The notes below the pieces were generated by a model. The model ran no database searches. It was not told the origin of the DNA and saw only the letters and a list, made by a program, of their open reading frames with translations. Below are positions 14,504-27,791 of a stretch of 64,000 nucleotides of DNA, piece by piece (the first letter of the stretch is position 1; every line of letters begins with the position of its first letter). The position numbers were made by a program, and so were the translations under genes. This DNA comes from Podarcis bocagei. Taxonomy: Eukaryota. The stretch is from NCBI GenBank assembly GCA_964188305.1, contig OZ076886.1, one strand, 5' to 3'.

Positions 14504-14804
14504 CGGGGTCAGCAACCTTTTTCAGCCATGGGCCGGTCCACTGTCCCTCAGACCATGTGAGGGACTATATTGGGGGGGGGGGGGGGAATGAACGAATTCC
14601 TATGCCCCACAAATAACCCAGAGATGCACTTTAAATAAAAGCACACACTCTACTCCTGTAAAAACACCAGGCAGGCTCCACAAATAAACCAGAGATGCAT
14701 TTTAAATAAAAGGACACATTCTACTCATGTAAAAACACACTGATTCCTGGACCATGCGCGGGCCGGATTTGAGAAGCCGGATTTGAGAAGCCTTAGGTTG
14801 CCTG
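14504..14804. mobile_element. hAT non-autonomous element, 301 bp, right TIR shortened
   Basis: 8-bp TSD GTGTAGAT at 14496-14503 and 14805-14812. Left end CGGGGTCAGCAACC, right end GGTTGCCTG. Internal ~70-bp tandem duplication. Confidence 0.85.
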
Positions 14805-16714
14805 GTGTAGATCAATGTACCAACAGTCACACCTGTATAGCTAGCATTAGTGGCTTCTGGCTGCCCACTGTTAGCCTGTGTTCTGACCAGCAGGGCTGTT
14901 CGTATGACCCCACAAAGGCTTAGGTGAGAAATCGTGTCTACCAGTAATTTCTTTAAGGTGAAGAAGATGCACAGATATTTTTTATTAAAGTGCCTTGAGA
15001 GTATAACACTCATGCTAATGCCAAGCTCAGGCACAGTGTGCTGATCCCTTAGCAGCCAAATTGAGGGAGCTCCTGGCATACTTAGGGGAATCTTGGACAT
15101 TTGCAGAAGCACATAAAATGTACCAATAGCAGAGAGGACCCAAAGGAGGGCAGCAGGAACAAAGAAGAACAAAAGTGCATGCAGCCTAGCAATGCTGTTA
15201 CCTGAACATTACGCACTGCTAGGCCCCTCCCTCCACCTCAGTGGGATCAGTACAGGAGAGCAGAGATACACACCCACAACTCCACATTCCTGCATCTTTG
15301 GAAGTTCTAAATTAAGAAATCCTACTTCTTAAGGACCTAAGAGAGAAGGTCAGTGCAAAAAAGATTGGATTCTTTTATTTGCTTGCCTAAGTTTCCAGTC
15401 TGTCAGTGTCATGATGTTTTCAGTGTCACTTGTCTTAAAAATGTGTATGATTACACCAGCTTTAAAGAAATTGAGGTGTTGACGAGTGTAATGTATGACC
15501 TGTTAGTTTCAATTGCAGCTAGAAATATACGGACAGAAGAACTTCTGAAGTCTCGCTTTCAAGAGCTCCAGGATGGAGGAGGACAAAAGAAAAACTATGC
15601 TCCAGATTATCATCGCTGCCCCTGCCCCTCTTCTCCCAAATTCTGAGATATGAAATTGCCATCCAGTTGCGCGAACCAATGAGACAATCCCCTTCTCAGT
15701 GCAGAGCTAGAAAGAGGCACAAGGGAAATGGGGAGGGGAGGAAAGGGGGGAGGGGTGACAGAAGAGACAGGATGAGGAAGGGCAGGTCAAGGGTGAGGCT
15801 ACAGCTGCAACAGGTGCCGACTGGAAGACCATCCTCAGAGAGGCAACTGTCTGAGGCATGTCTATCAAGGCACAGCAAACAGGGCCAAGCCTGCACTGTT
15901 GCTCCCTGGGACAAAGGGGCTCTGTGCGTTTGCATCTGGCATCCTGAACAAATGCAAGCGGGCAGGATAGCATGAAGAGAAGAGGCTGCTCTCCATGGAG
16001 AAGAGGGGCCCTGGTCATTGTACAAGGACATGAGCTCACAATCTTCTTTTAAGGCCATCTTCTGGAGAAGGCTTGTCTATCTTCCCCTTTGACCTCCAAT
16101 ATTGCACAAACTTAGGCAGGAAGCAGCACTGCCCATATCCAGCAACACAGGCAGTGGGGTTTCTCAGACTACAGATGTATGCACCCATGAATTTGCAAAC
16201 ACAACAGCTCTCCATGCACATCTGTCTTTTCCTGAGACAAACGAACCAAGGCATGGTTGAGTTGTTGAAAGGTCTCATTCAGTGGAAAGGTATGGCTACT
16301 TCTCAGTGGAGGGAAAGGAATTTAATCCACTGTATTATGACATCACATGCCCAGAACAAATATTTTAAATACCCTGACCTGGGGCTGAGCTTTGGTGAGT
16401 TCTAACTCAAGCTAAGTCATATCTTTTTAAGCATTTCCAGCATTTCTTAATATGATTATCCTTCCAAGCTCATTAGGTCATTTTCCTTGAGACACAATGA
16501 ACACAATCCATAAGCCACCATTTATGCAACAAAGTACACCTAAGTCCCAGAGAGGGGACCCTGAATGCAGGACAGAGGCTCAACTCAATACCTTTGAGAT
16601 TTCTTCCAGTCTTATGATCACTGAATACTGGTGGCCAAAGCACTTCTGCCAGTGCAAACTGCTCCAAGTGACAGAGAAATGAGAGCAGTTTCCCAGCTCA
16701 CAGACTAAATAGAG

Positions 16715-16841
16715 CAGGGAGGTGAAACCTGTGACCGTTCAGATGTTGCTGGAGTCAAATCCCCATCAGAATTAGCTAGCACGGCTAATGGTCAGAGATA
16801 ATGGAGCTGTAATACAAGACGACACAGGATTTCCATCCCTG
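16715..16841. mobile_element. Degenerate hAT MITE (relatives at ~55170-55265 and ~61120-61228)
   Basis: CAGGGAGGTGAAACCTGTG...CACAGGATTTCCATCCCTG ends, with internal structure like 19961-20096. Confidence 0.55.
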
Positions 16842-17623
16842 AACCAGGAGAGCTATTCCATATTTATAACAGTCATGAAAGACGATGCAGCCCAAGGTTC
16901 TTCAGCATAATTCCTGTCCTCTCCACCCCAGCCTCCTAGCTCAAGCAACACTTTTGTTCTTCATAATGACGTTTTCATGAGAGTGACTCCTGTGAGGTGG
17001 TGAAGTAGAAAAACCAGGCAGTGGCATTGAACTGTGGCTTCGTACATACTACACAAAGGATGCACACAACAGAAAATCCTGGGAAATGCAATTCACCCCA
17101 CAGAGCTACAATTCCCAGCACCCTTAACAAACTGTACTTCCCAAGATTCTTGGGGAGCTCAATGTATGGTGTGTCTGCAGCCTTTGGAAGGTTCTAAATA
17201 CACGTCTGAGGGGCAGCACACCCATAGGCGACTGGCAAGGGAAAGTCTGAGCTAACTGTTGAGCACATTGAGGAGGCATGCCTTAAGCTAGCCACACCCC
17301 TTTCTGCAGCGCCCACATTCCTTCTCAAGGACTGCATCTGTTCTACCTCCTTTTACGAGAAACAGGAGATGGGAAGATTTTCCTTGCCACACAGTGCCAG
17401 GATCAGCCTTTTCACCAAAGTGCCAAAGGGAATTCTGGCACAAGCTTTGCTGCTTTTAAGCGAAAGGATTAACAACCCTGCCAGGAGACAGAAACTGCAG
17501 ACAGCCACTGTGTGAGCTGCATGGAAGGCTATGCTACTGCCCCACATCTCCAGCTATTCACCCTGTAGAAAGTTCACCCATTATTTCACCCATCCGCTTC
17601 TGCTCTCTGTTTTTGAGAGTGAG

Positions 17624-17745
17624 GAGTTATAGCCAGCATTAATCCTACTCAGAGTAGACTCGTTTAAATCAATGGACCTTAAGTTAGACATGCCCATTAA
17701 TTCCAGTGGTTCTGCTCTGAGAAGGATTAATACTGGCTACAACCC
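17624..17745. mobile_element. ~120-bp palindromic MITE (related copies at ~14380-14478 and split at ~9540-9832)
   Basis: Arms gagttatagccagcattaatcctactcagagtaga / tctgctctgagaaggattaatactggctacaaccc. The agagtagacccattgaa / atgggtctactctgagta motif is shared by the three copies. Confidence 0.7.
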
Positions 17746-19960
17746 AATGTTATATATGCACAGGGACTGGATTTTAAAAAGAACTAGGAGTCAAAACAAT
17801 CAGGAAGCCTTTAGGAAAACTTAATTCCAGTGTCACACAGGGTCCTTCCTGCAACATTTCCTAGCCAGCAAACTGCCTATAATTCTCGGGCCTTGCGTCC
17901 CTCAAATATTTTTTCCTATGCCTAGCAATAAGAACTGTTCCCCATCTCTTTTGCAGTCTTCACATAATGCCTCCCATTATATACATCTCTGTAGCCACAC
18001 GTCCCATCTTCTATTTACCTCTAGGTTGGGGGAACAAGAGTGAAGGAAGCCTGGGAGAATTGTGTTCCTGCTGTAGCTGCAGAGACAGCCAGGGGCAGGG
18101 TCTGATTGCACAGGGCTCCCTAGGAGGATCAAGTAACTGCTGAGGCAGCGTTTTCCCCATCTTCCAATCTCAGTCAGGCGGCCCTTGCTGGAAAAAACCA
18201 AGTTCTCGATGTCACCCCAGGAGTTCCACACACACACACACACACCACTACCTCAAGGTTAAAGCAGGGGACACAGACCACTTTATACACCGACATATGC
18301 AGACACTTCAGGGGGGTTAAGTCCCACTACAGTCCCGCTATATGTTGCACTCAAAACTGACATATGACAAAGGTACAGATCCTTTTCTTCCCTGTTTGCA
18401 CGTTTGCTTATATTTAGCATTCTTTGGGACTAGCTGGCATGCAAAGTTGAGGGCAGGGACGCTCTGAAAAGTCAGCTGAAACTAGTTTCAGACCTAACTA
18501 ACCCTATAACTGCATTCTTTACCAACCTGCCTACCAGGGGGGTTGCTCTGTAGACCCAGAAGATGCTTCTGTGCTTCTTTGCAGGGCAACTGTGTCTTCA
18601 ATCTTAACAATATGTCACTCAAAAGGGCAGGAAGAAAGAAAAAATTAGGGGAAGAGGCAGAATGTTTTTGTTGTTGTTGACAGCCATCTGTCTCGAGATA
18701 CTGTGCCTCTGGGGATGAAGTCAACCCACTGGAGAATCACAATGCCTGTTGTGGCTGCAGAGACTGGTAACTCCTAACTGCTGCCTCCCGTGTTGTTTTT
18801 TCTGTGTTAGGAGCACTGAAGTGCCCTCTCCAGGGTGCAAGCCGGGGTACTGTGTATGAAGGTCCCTGGCTGCTCACTGGACAAAACTCCCCTCCCAGCC
18901 TTGCTGACGTAGAAAGCATGATGTTTGGCACCAACCTGGTTGCAGGAGGGAGGCGTATAAGACGCTATCCAACCATCTTAGGGATTTCATTCTGGATTCA
19001 TGTAGGTTTTACTCCTTAGTATTTTCTTCCCCCATAGATTTTTCCTCTGGGTTCACTCCGGAAGCCTTTCTCATGAATGAATATAGCAGCAAGGCAGCAG
19101 AGGTTTAGGATTAGAGTTTCCTTCTCCTTGAAGGGCAACCTTCCCAGGTTGACAAGCCCCATCTGCCCCTCATTTCCCTCTAAGGGAGGAGGAAACTACC
19201 GCCAAAGGAAGAAATTTTCTGGACACAAAGCAAACATCAGGATTCACCAGAGAAAAATAATTGGATGCTAAAACACACCATCTCAGTGGTTTCATCTATC
19301 CTCCTGCCACATGTCCATCCACACACTCACACATGCAGAACTGCCCCAGCAGAGAACTCTTTAAAGCCTGCCATTTGGAACTTTAAAAGTGGAAGAGAAA
19401 ATGGTAGAAATGAAACACCAATCACTTCAGACCACATATCAATCCCAAAGGGATGACAATCTGCCTAAGTCTTCTCTCAGCCTTCATGGCTACAAAGCCA
19501 AAGCCCTGACAAAGTGAAATCTCTCACAATCCATTTGGACTAGAGGCCGCCAGCCATTCTGGTGCCTCTTTTTATCGGAAAGAAGTCAGAAAATATCAAG
19601 AACAGGTGCTACTGCCCAAAAGGGAATGAAGTCTGACTGCTACACTGAATCAAGAGCATGGGTGTCCTAACAGTTACAGAAGTGTGGCTGACAGCGTAGA
19701 TTGCTAGCTCAAGAACTTCAAACAGAGGTGTACACCAGGTCCTCTCTCTCAATGTTGTAGTCCCGCTTTACCATATACCCAAGACATAAAAAAGCACCAA
19801 GCTCCACCATTAAAAAGACCTCATGCTCTACATTACACTTTTTCTGTACATAACAGCATCTGCTGAATCTGCATATCTGCAGTGGGGAAAACATTTGTGC
19901 CACAGACATACTTTAAAGCACATATATGTCTCCACACCTAGAGACTGTCTCCATGTAGAG

Positions 19961-20096
19961 CAAGGTTACCCAAACTTGGATCTCCAACTGTTTTTGGACT
20001 ACAACTCCCATTATTCCCAGGTAGCAGGACCAGTGGCCAGGGATGATGGGAATTGTAGTCCAAAAATAGCTGGAGGCCCAAGTTTGGGAAACCCTG
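19961..20096. mobile_element. Palindromic hAT MITE, 136 bp
   Basis: 8-bp TSD ATGTAGAG both sides. Arms CAAGGTTACCCAAACTTGG...GGACTACAACTCCCA / TGGGAATTGTAGTCC...CCAAGTTTGGGAAACCCTG. Confidence 0.9.
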
Positions 20097-22362
20097 ATGT
20101 AGAGCAACCTTAATTCATGAAGCAGCTGTGACAAAGCCACTCCTCCCAATACCTTGTATCTGAATTCAGTCTCCTATAAGAAGTAACCCACTTTGGCTGT
20201 TCAAACAAAATATCTGTAATCTTTGAGTGATAAGGGAGGCCTATAAGGTCAGTCTTAAGGCCACCTCATGGGGTGTGTTCTCTCTTAAAATACTGATATA
20301 TCACTTCGCCTGCTGTCTAGATGAGCCATCTTTTCTGAGGAGGAAGTCTCATATTTAGAGCAGAGAACAAAGTTGGCTAAGATGAGTTTTCGCTTCAAAG
20401 TGGCAGAGTCTAGGTTGTTCTTATTGAACAAAACACCTACATTTCTGTAATACAACAGCTACGACACTACCTTGGGGTTTCACAGTTTTCCTAGTGCTGA
20501 GCTGAGAAGGCTACAGACTAAAAAAAGCTCCAAAACCAACTCTATTTACCCTCCTAATAAACAAAACAACTCTTCTCTGCTTATGTGGGGCCTACACTCT
20601 CTTAATCACATATCCTAAAAATGACCTTCAACCTGGCCTCAGGCCAGTCTTTGCATTCCAGATTCACTGAACTAAAAATCAGTATCTTGCTTGTTCTTAG
20701 TCTGCAGGGATTAGACGTAGATACCAGTTTCCCTGTGCTAGAAAAACATTCCACATAGACAAGATGACTCCAAGCAGGGCAAGATGCAGAGCAAATTCAG
20801 TGTACAGAATGTTCGATCAACAAACTCTTGCCACCCCACATCCGTAATTAGCATGTTGCGCACCAGTCCTTTCCTAAGCTATGCTTCCAAGACACAATCT
20901 TAAGGGCCACAACCCAACACTTCACACATTATGCTTTTAAGATATACATATTAAAAAATGCACGTTAAGTATGAATGGGTTAAACACGTTTTCACACGTG
21001 TCATACATGTACTGTACACCTCCTCGGGGACACAGAATTGGCTATTGGGTGCTCCTATGGAAAACCTGAGTCCTCTTCTGCAGCAAAATGTGCAACGTTC
21101 TCAGCTGAGTTTGATGAGCACATGCTGACTTCCACTAATGCACACCTGCATCTATTATATACTCTGTTTGTACAAGGATTTTGTTCTTCCCAAGAGACTA
21201 ATACATCCAATGCATATACTAAGCCACTGCGTGCCTTCCTCTCTACATTCACATTCAAAAGACACTACACCGACTTCTGTACTAGAAAATACTTATAAGC
21301 TTTGAAAATTAGAACCTTCGTCAGGGAGGGGCAAAAATATCAATGGTGGAAGCAACTCAAAATTCAAGCCATTCCTTAGTTCAGACCCCAGTATCAACAT
21401 GCCTTGGGTAAAGAGGAGCCCCCTACTTGATTAGGTGCTTCCTAAAAAATTCTGCTAAGGCCCTAAATACAATTCTGCCTGGTAGAAGATGCAGTTATTG
21501 CCGGCTGTGTTTACACAGGGAATAGCCAGCTGTAATTATAGGAACGATGTTATGATAACAGGAAACCCATGCCCTGTGGAGATATTGAGGAGAGGCATAC
21601 AGCTATTTGCTAATTACCAACAACAAGAACCCTTTGTGTAGCTGGGGAAGGATGAGTTCCCTCTACTTTGTGGACTTAGGCCCACAGATGTTTTAAATCA
21701 TCCACATCAGAGTTATTCTGCAGTCTCCAAGGCGTATGCACAGTTATCAGAGTTCTTTGGTTCTTGCTGACAGAGCAGAGTCCTCAGGAATTTCCCCCCA
21801 AAATGCATCTGCTTAGTGTAACACAGGCAAATTGTGTGGCAAAACTGCAGAAGCTAACAAGAAAGTAGCAATGCAACTTCATGGCAAAGACAGGTAGAGC
21901 AGAAATGATGGCAACCTCAAAAAGGCTGGCAAAGGTCCTCTAAACGAAAAGGAAGCCTGCTCTAAGGAGACCTTTAAAAGAGACCAGCTGAGTCTGCTAT
22001 TTACTATTTTTCCTACAAGACTTGCTAAAGACAGGAAGAAAAGCAATCTGGCTTTAGCACATTGCACAGAAAAAGGCACTTGACATGTAATATTGGCCTG
22101 TATTTTTAAAATATTTCTGCCCCAGGAGAGATTGTACAGAGGGTAATACTTCTGCTGAAAGAGCAGATGCAAAGGATACTAGAAAAAAGCAAGTAACAGT
22201 TGTTCAAGGTTAAATCCTTCCATACAGAAATAGCTCCAAACATTATGAAGAAATTGTGCACATGGAAATATCCGCCCCTTCCATTCCATTGCTTTTGCCC
22301 TCTTATGGTCCAAGCAACATAACCCTACAAAACCCCAAAGAAAGAGCTTCATTGCCCCCTAC

Positions 22363-22545
22363 CTTTTTTATCCTGCCTCTCCGTGTCCCAGCAAAGACCA
22401 CGGTGTGCCCACGGTAGTCATACGCAGCCACTGATGTCATGCCATCTTCCTTGTCCACAAACAGCGGCACACCTTCAATGGTGACTGTTCCACCCAATGG
22501 CTGGTTAAAATCCTGACCACAGAAATTGTCATCAATTTGCAGGGG
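22363..22545 (-). CDS. PLXNA1: Plexin-A1, next coding exon (183 nt, phase 0-0, Sema domain)
   Basis: Acceptor ctttctctcccacag|CCC and donor AAG|gtaggg. Translates [61 protein letters not shown], continuing CINS in frame. Confidence 0.95.
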
Positions 22546-24191
22546 CTGTGGGAGAGAAAGGGAAGAAAGAGATTAGCTGTTTGACAGCATTCGAGCACAT
22601 CATGTAAATGGCTGTGAATGAGAAAACGGTACAGAAATCTGCAAAGTCACCACAGATACGAAAACATATAATTCTAGTGCAGATGTTGATGGCTTCTTTA
22701 GGAATGCATGTGTAAGGCAGTCACAGGTGAGAGAACTCTCTTAAAAACCCTCTTCCTATTCCTTCCCATGAATTTCAAGAGGCCCGTGCAGCCTCTCACT
22801 CCATCAATGTTCCTTAAAAAAAATTCCACAATTCCACAGGCACATATCAGGATATGTGGTGCACCACTTCACCATCTAATTTCCACTTTCAGAATCCTTT
22901 CAGAAGAGTGCAAAACAAGGACATGGGACAGTTCCCAAATGTGGAAATTATCAAAGTGAAGGAATGAAACCAAAATAAAAAGGTAGCATTTCTGAAGTTC
23001 CTACATCTATATAAAATTACTGTAAAAATCAATAGACTTGACTAAAACAAAAACAAAAACTGCTGGGATGCAGCAAGTAAGAGACACTTCACACACTTGA
23101 TGGCAGAGGCAAATACATGTTAACATTTAGTGTGCACTGGCTTCTACCCCATAACAAGGTGGCAACATTGTTTTTAAGTGCATATGAACTGTAGGAACTA
23201 GCCCTGTCTCCTTGCAGTATGTTTTTGTGGTAAACACACCAATACAAACCGTATCTACCACACTCATTGCAAGGTAAAAAAGTGAGCACAAGCTGCAATT
23301 TTAACACAGACCTGTTTCAACTGCGAATCTTTCTTTCAAGAGTGGCCTCAGCAAATTGCACAGTAGGTCACCAGTATGCCAGGATCCTATTCTCTTGCAT
23401 AGTTAGCACAATGCTCAGTCTACGCCTGTACAGGGGAGAGATGCAGCAACCTGAGGCCCAGTTCAGATGCAATAACAGAGATGCAGTCCAAGGGGCTGCA
23501 AACAGGTTTTACACCTGCAAACTCCTTCCTCACTCTTTCCTTTGCACCCCCAGTTTTGGTGAAGATTTCTTTGTTTACAAGCTACCTGGGTGAGATTAAT
23601 TAACAACATGCTAATCAGTTTAAGAGACCACCTTGCACCATGTGTGCCTACTGAACCTCTTAATTTGAGGAACTTACACTTTTACAACTGTCATATAAGT
23701 TTCGCTTTGCATCTGTGAGCAGTCAATCTTTTCAATGTAGAAGCTTTGGAACTCGCCGTTATCCACATCACATTAAGGCCAACTTTTGATTCAATCAGAT
23801 ACCCTAATGGCAGGTCATAGCAACCTTTATGCTCCTGTATCATTTTCAATGGTTTACGGCTACATGAATACTCCTCCTTCAGTTGAGACTGTAAATTGCT
23901 AGAAAAAGCAGCAAACTGACCAGGGTGTTTAACTATTTAAAGGGCAACCTTCCGTGAATAGAATCACCATCACTTCCCCATATTCTTTGTTCACTTAATG
24001 TTTCCAAAAGAATGGTGACCTACATACCTACCAATTGTGCCACTTTGCCAAAGAGCTAAACTACAGAAAATGGAAGTGATCAGCTACAGGTCTGGAGAGA
24101 GACCTTAAACCACATTTTTCCCTCTTCAAAAGTCACAAGAAACTGTAGTTTAAGAAATCAGGAAATTTCTGCTGAAGCTGGACATATGAAG

Positions 24192-24338
24192 CATCAGCAT
24201 AACCACGGAGGAGGGCGGGGGGGGACAGCTGGCCCCCGAAATAAATAAAAAACAATATAAATACATAGTGAACTGAGGTTCTGCCCCCCCCCCACGAAAG
24301 GCCTGCCCCCCCTAACAAAAATCCTGGCTACACCCATG
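24192..24338. mobile_element. Small GC-rich non-autonomous DNA element
   Basis: Imperfect TIRs CATCAGCATAACCA / TGGCTACACCCATG, flanked by the near-duplicate TATGAAG. Confidence 0.5.
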
Positions 24339-25939
24339 ATTATGAAGGGAGGAAGGATGGGGGGAGTGAAGAGGGAGCATGTGGGCACACAGCTTATTCT
24401 TGTTTTAATAAACCACAGTTGGTAATATTAGCTTGTGTTGCAGCAAATCTCTCATCTAATTAGTCTTCTCCAGGTGGAGAGAGCTATAGATCTGCTTCAG
24501 CTAATGGAGCACCTTTAGATAAAAGACCTCTGCTGCTACTTTGAGGCAGAAGAGTTCTATGTTCACCTATTACTATTATTAGTTTATTACTATTATTATC
24601 ATTACCACTGCCATTATTTATGCTGTAAAGTTCACTACACTCTGCACAAAAGATAACATAGGCATGCCCTTGCAGAATGGCTTACAACAGACACAACACA
24701 AGGAAAAAGGGACAGGAGCAGAAAAGAGAAAATACACACATTCAGAGTTTAAGCGGGTTGAATGTCCACTGAAAGAATCTGTTCTTGGAGATTAGAATGC
24801 TAGAGAGGGCCTAGCCATCGCTCCCTGCTTTATGACAGCTGCCTGGTGCCTAAACCTACTTTGAAACCACACAGTAAAGTGAGCGTAGTGTTGTAAAGGG
24901 TCTAAAGCATGTGGAAAAAAGTTGCCTGTCCTTTTACAGGGACCAAGATACTGGGCCTAGCAGCTGGTCTAACAAGAGACGAGGCCTTCCATGCACATGT
25001 TTTAACCAGCACCACTTGAGGAATTCTTCTTGTCAGCTTTTATCACAGTCTCAAGGATTCATTGTGCAGCTCTTCGCATCTGTGCTACAGGGCCCAAGGG
25101 GAATGGCACTATATAATTCTGCACCTGTGTGCTTTCCAGTTCTCCCCCAGGTCACTCCTAAATAGGGAATGCTGTATCTCATGGGCGGCAAGAGGAATGT
25201 GCTTGCAAGCTGCAGACACACACATGCAAACTACAGAATCCACCCATATTACATTCCTCCCTGTAGTTTCGCATGGACACCACGTTGCCCACATCCTGTC
25301 CTAAGCTGCTGGCCCTTGTGTCTGCACAGATGTTAAACAACTCCTACATTCTGCCCCAGAGACAGACAGAATTCAACAAGGGATGAGAGGACTGGGCGGG
25401 GGCAGGATGAAGTGGACCCTGTTCACAGAACAGTTGCGAGGCTGTTCAGGTCTCTCTGGGAGACCAAGAGAGGTCTGCAGAATAGCTTTATAGAGTGCAT
25501 TTTAAGCAAGCCATATCCAAAATAGAGAGGAAGCCGGCAAGGCTTATCTTCCCTTGCCTTTCACTCTAGTGGCAAATCCTAAGTGAGCCATAGCATTTAT
25601 TGTACATACGTTTACTGATATGTGGCTTCTAAAACACTGGGGTGGGGTGAGGGGGAGAGGGTGTGTTAGCCCAAAATGCCAAAACATTGGAGGGCAGTTT
25701 TAATACTCCCAATCCATCTGCAGGCCCTTGCAGAATAAACTAATTTTGTTTCAGCTGTAAACTTCCTTTCTATATTCAAGCAGCTAGGCCCAAGGACTAT
25801 TGTTTGCCAGGTCACAAAACTCCTGCAGAGACAACCTTACCTATGCTTGATCAGAGAGAGGGAGAGAAAGCAATCGGTATCTTAGCGTGCTACCAGGCAG
25901 TTACCTCCCACTGTAACTGTAGTAGTAAAAAATGAGGTA

Positions 25940-26166
25940 CAGTGGTACCTCTGTTTATGAGCGTCTTGGAAGCTGAACATTTTGGTCTTCGAACGCCGAA
26001 AACCCAGAAGTAATTGCTTCCGTTTTTGAACACGCCTCGGAAGTCAAATGTTTTTCAGTTTTTCCAATTGAACTTGCAACCAGCCCTTTGCGCCTCAGTT
26101 TTCAAACGTTTTGGAAGTCAAACCGTCTACCGAAACAGATTACGTTTGAGAACCAAGGTACCACTG
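25940..26166. mobile_element. Tc1/mariner (Tigger/pogo-like) MITE, 227 bp
   Basis: TIRs CAGTGGTACCT...AGGTACCACTG with TA target duplication on both sides. Confidence 0.9.
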
Positions 26167-27478
26167 TATACAGGAAGAGTGCAATTAACACTGCCCAGAT
26201 GGCTGGGGGGGCAGGATGCTCCTTCTCACTGGCACAGAGAGGTAGAGGGGCTTCACCACAGCAATGGCTTTAGCTTTGCCCAGGTTGGCAGTGAGCTCCC
26301 ACTGGATGTACCACAGTAGAAAGTCCTGGAATGGGGCACTGTGAGGCAGGGGACTGGCAGCTTTGGATTCAAAGCCCCATGAATTTCTCAAAAAGCCCTC
26401 AGCAGCAACAAGCTTGAAGCTAGTGCAGAAGAGCACAGCAGAACAAAGAAACCTGCCCTCCAAAGATGGCCACCACATGGGAATGCAGAAGCAAAAGTAG
26501 GATCCAAGTGCTTTCTCAAACTGCAAACAATTTGAGAAACAACTCTTTCTCAGAACTCCAAGCAGCCCAAAAGGGTTGCCATGAACCAGGGTGTGAGTTG
26601 GAAATTTCCTGGTACCACCTTCTGAAAACTATATTTCAAGAAGGACAGGGGTCACCTCACGGTAGCCTGGCAATCTGGAATAATCAATGGCATCTGCTGA
26701 GAAGTCCACCTGAACCAGCAGGCCAACATTTACCCCGGTGGAGTAAATCATCTGCCAAATCCATGCCAAAATGGATCTAGATCACTGGTCTTCAACTAGT
26801 GGCCCAGGAGCCTGATCCAAGGTAGGTCACTACTGGAGCTCTACTATCATGCAAATGTATGGTAAAAGGTTTAGAAAAAGGTCTCCAAATGCATGTTTGG
26901 GTCAAAACTGGGTCCTGGGTCTGAAGGAGTTGAAGATAATGCCAAAAATGCCTAGCTGGACCATGACTCACTTAAGCACCTAGCCCAATAATAGAATACT
27001 TATCAGCAATTATCCGATATGATTAAATATGGTCGAAAAGTTCAACAATGGTCTTAATCAAGCTGCTGGGGGGGGGCTGCCTCTAATTTTGTGTTTTTCC
27101 ATGCTCTGCATGGCCACCATTTTGTGCTATGCCACACCACTGCCATAGCAGCCAACTTGTGACTGGTACCCCCAGCACTCTCTCAAAATTCATAAGCAGA
27201 ATAAATTGTGCAATAAAGAGGCACATATAGGAAGATCTGCACAATTAATGCAAGTCACAGAATCAGTTTTTCTAGGTATAAAATCTGTGTTTCTTTGTCA
27301 CCAATCCTGATACTTCCAAAAACTGGTGCAGTCTTGTTTGTAGGAAAGTGATTCTAACTCTGTAGGAGTTTAGACTAAGAATAACTTGTATTGTTCTCGC
27401 CCCAAGCAGCTGGTAGATGGCCAGGTAAAGTGGAATCCTAGTCTCCCCATACCATTTGTCATTTGGACATTATTATTA

Positions 27479-27722
27479 CAGTCATACCTTGGAAGCCGAA
27501 CAGAATCCATTCCAGAAGCCTGTTCGACTTCCAAAACATTTGGAAACCAAGGCACAACTTCCAATTGGCTGCAGGAAGGTCCTGCAGCCATTCAGAAGCC
27601 ATGGAAGCCACACCAGACATTCAGGTTCCAAAGAACATTCACAAACCGAAACACTCACTTCCGGGTTTGCGGCGTTTGAGAGCCAAAGAGTGCAAAGGCG
27701 TTCGGTTTCCAAGGTATGACTG
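27479..27722. mobile_element. Tc1/mariner MITE, 244 bp
   Basis: TIRs CAGTCATACCTTGGAAGCCGAAC / GTTCGGTTTCCAAGGTATGACTG, TA TSD, inserted in a TAT tract. Confidence 0.9.
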
Positions 27723-27791
27723 TATTATTATTATTATTATTATTTGAATTTATATACCACCCTATACCCGGGGGTCTCAGGGCGGTTCACA
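27723..27791 (-). mobile_element. L2-type 3' terminus with (AAT)n tail
   Basis: Minus strand reads tgtgaaccgccctgagacc...agggtggtatataaattcaaataataat. The tail continues beyond the MITE at 27469-27478. Confidence 0.65.

Noticed and set aside
14702-15172. 156-aa ORF with hydrophobic N-terminus
   Set aside because: Non-ATG start, no recognisable domain, and it runs into a hAT MITE.
1-22362. Next PLXNA1 exon (expected to end ...YAMTEKQ)
   Set aside because: Scanned by eye for the reverse-complement signature and not found; probably lies beyond the window start.
22303-22362. Read-through tail [19 protein letters not shown] after the 183-nt exon
   Set aside because: Canonical donor present and no nearby poly(A) signal seen; treated as intron.
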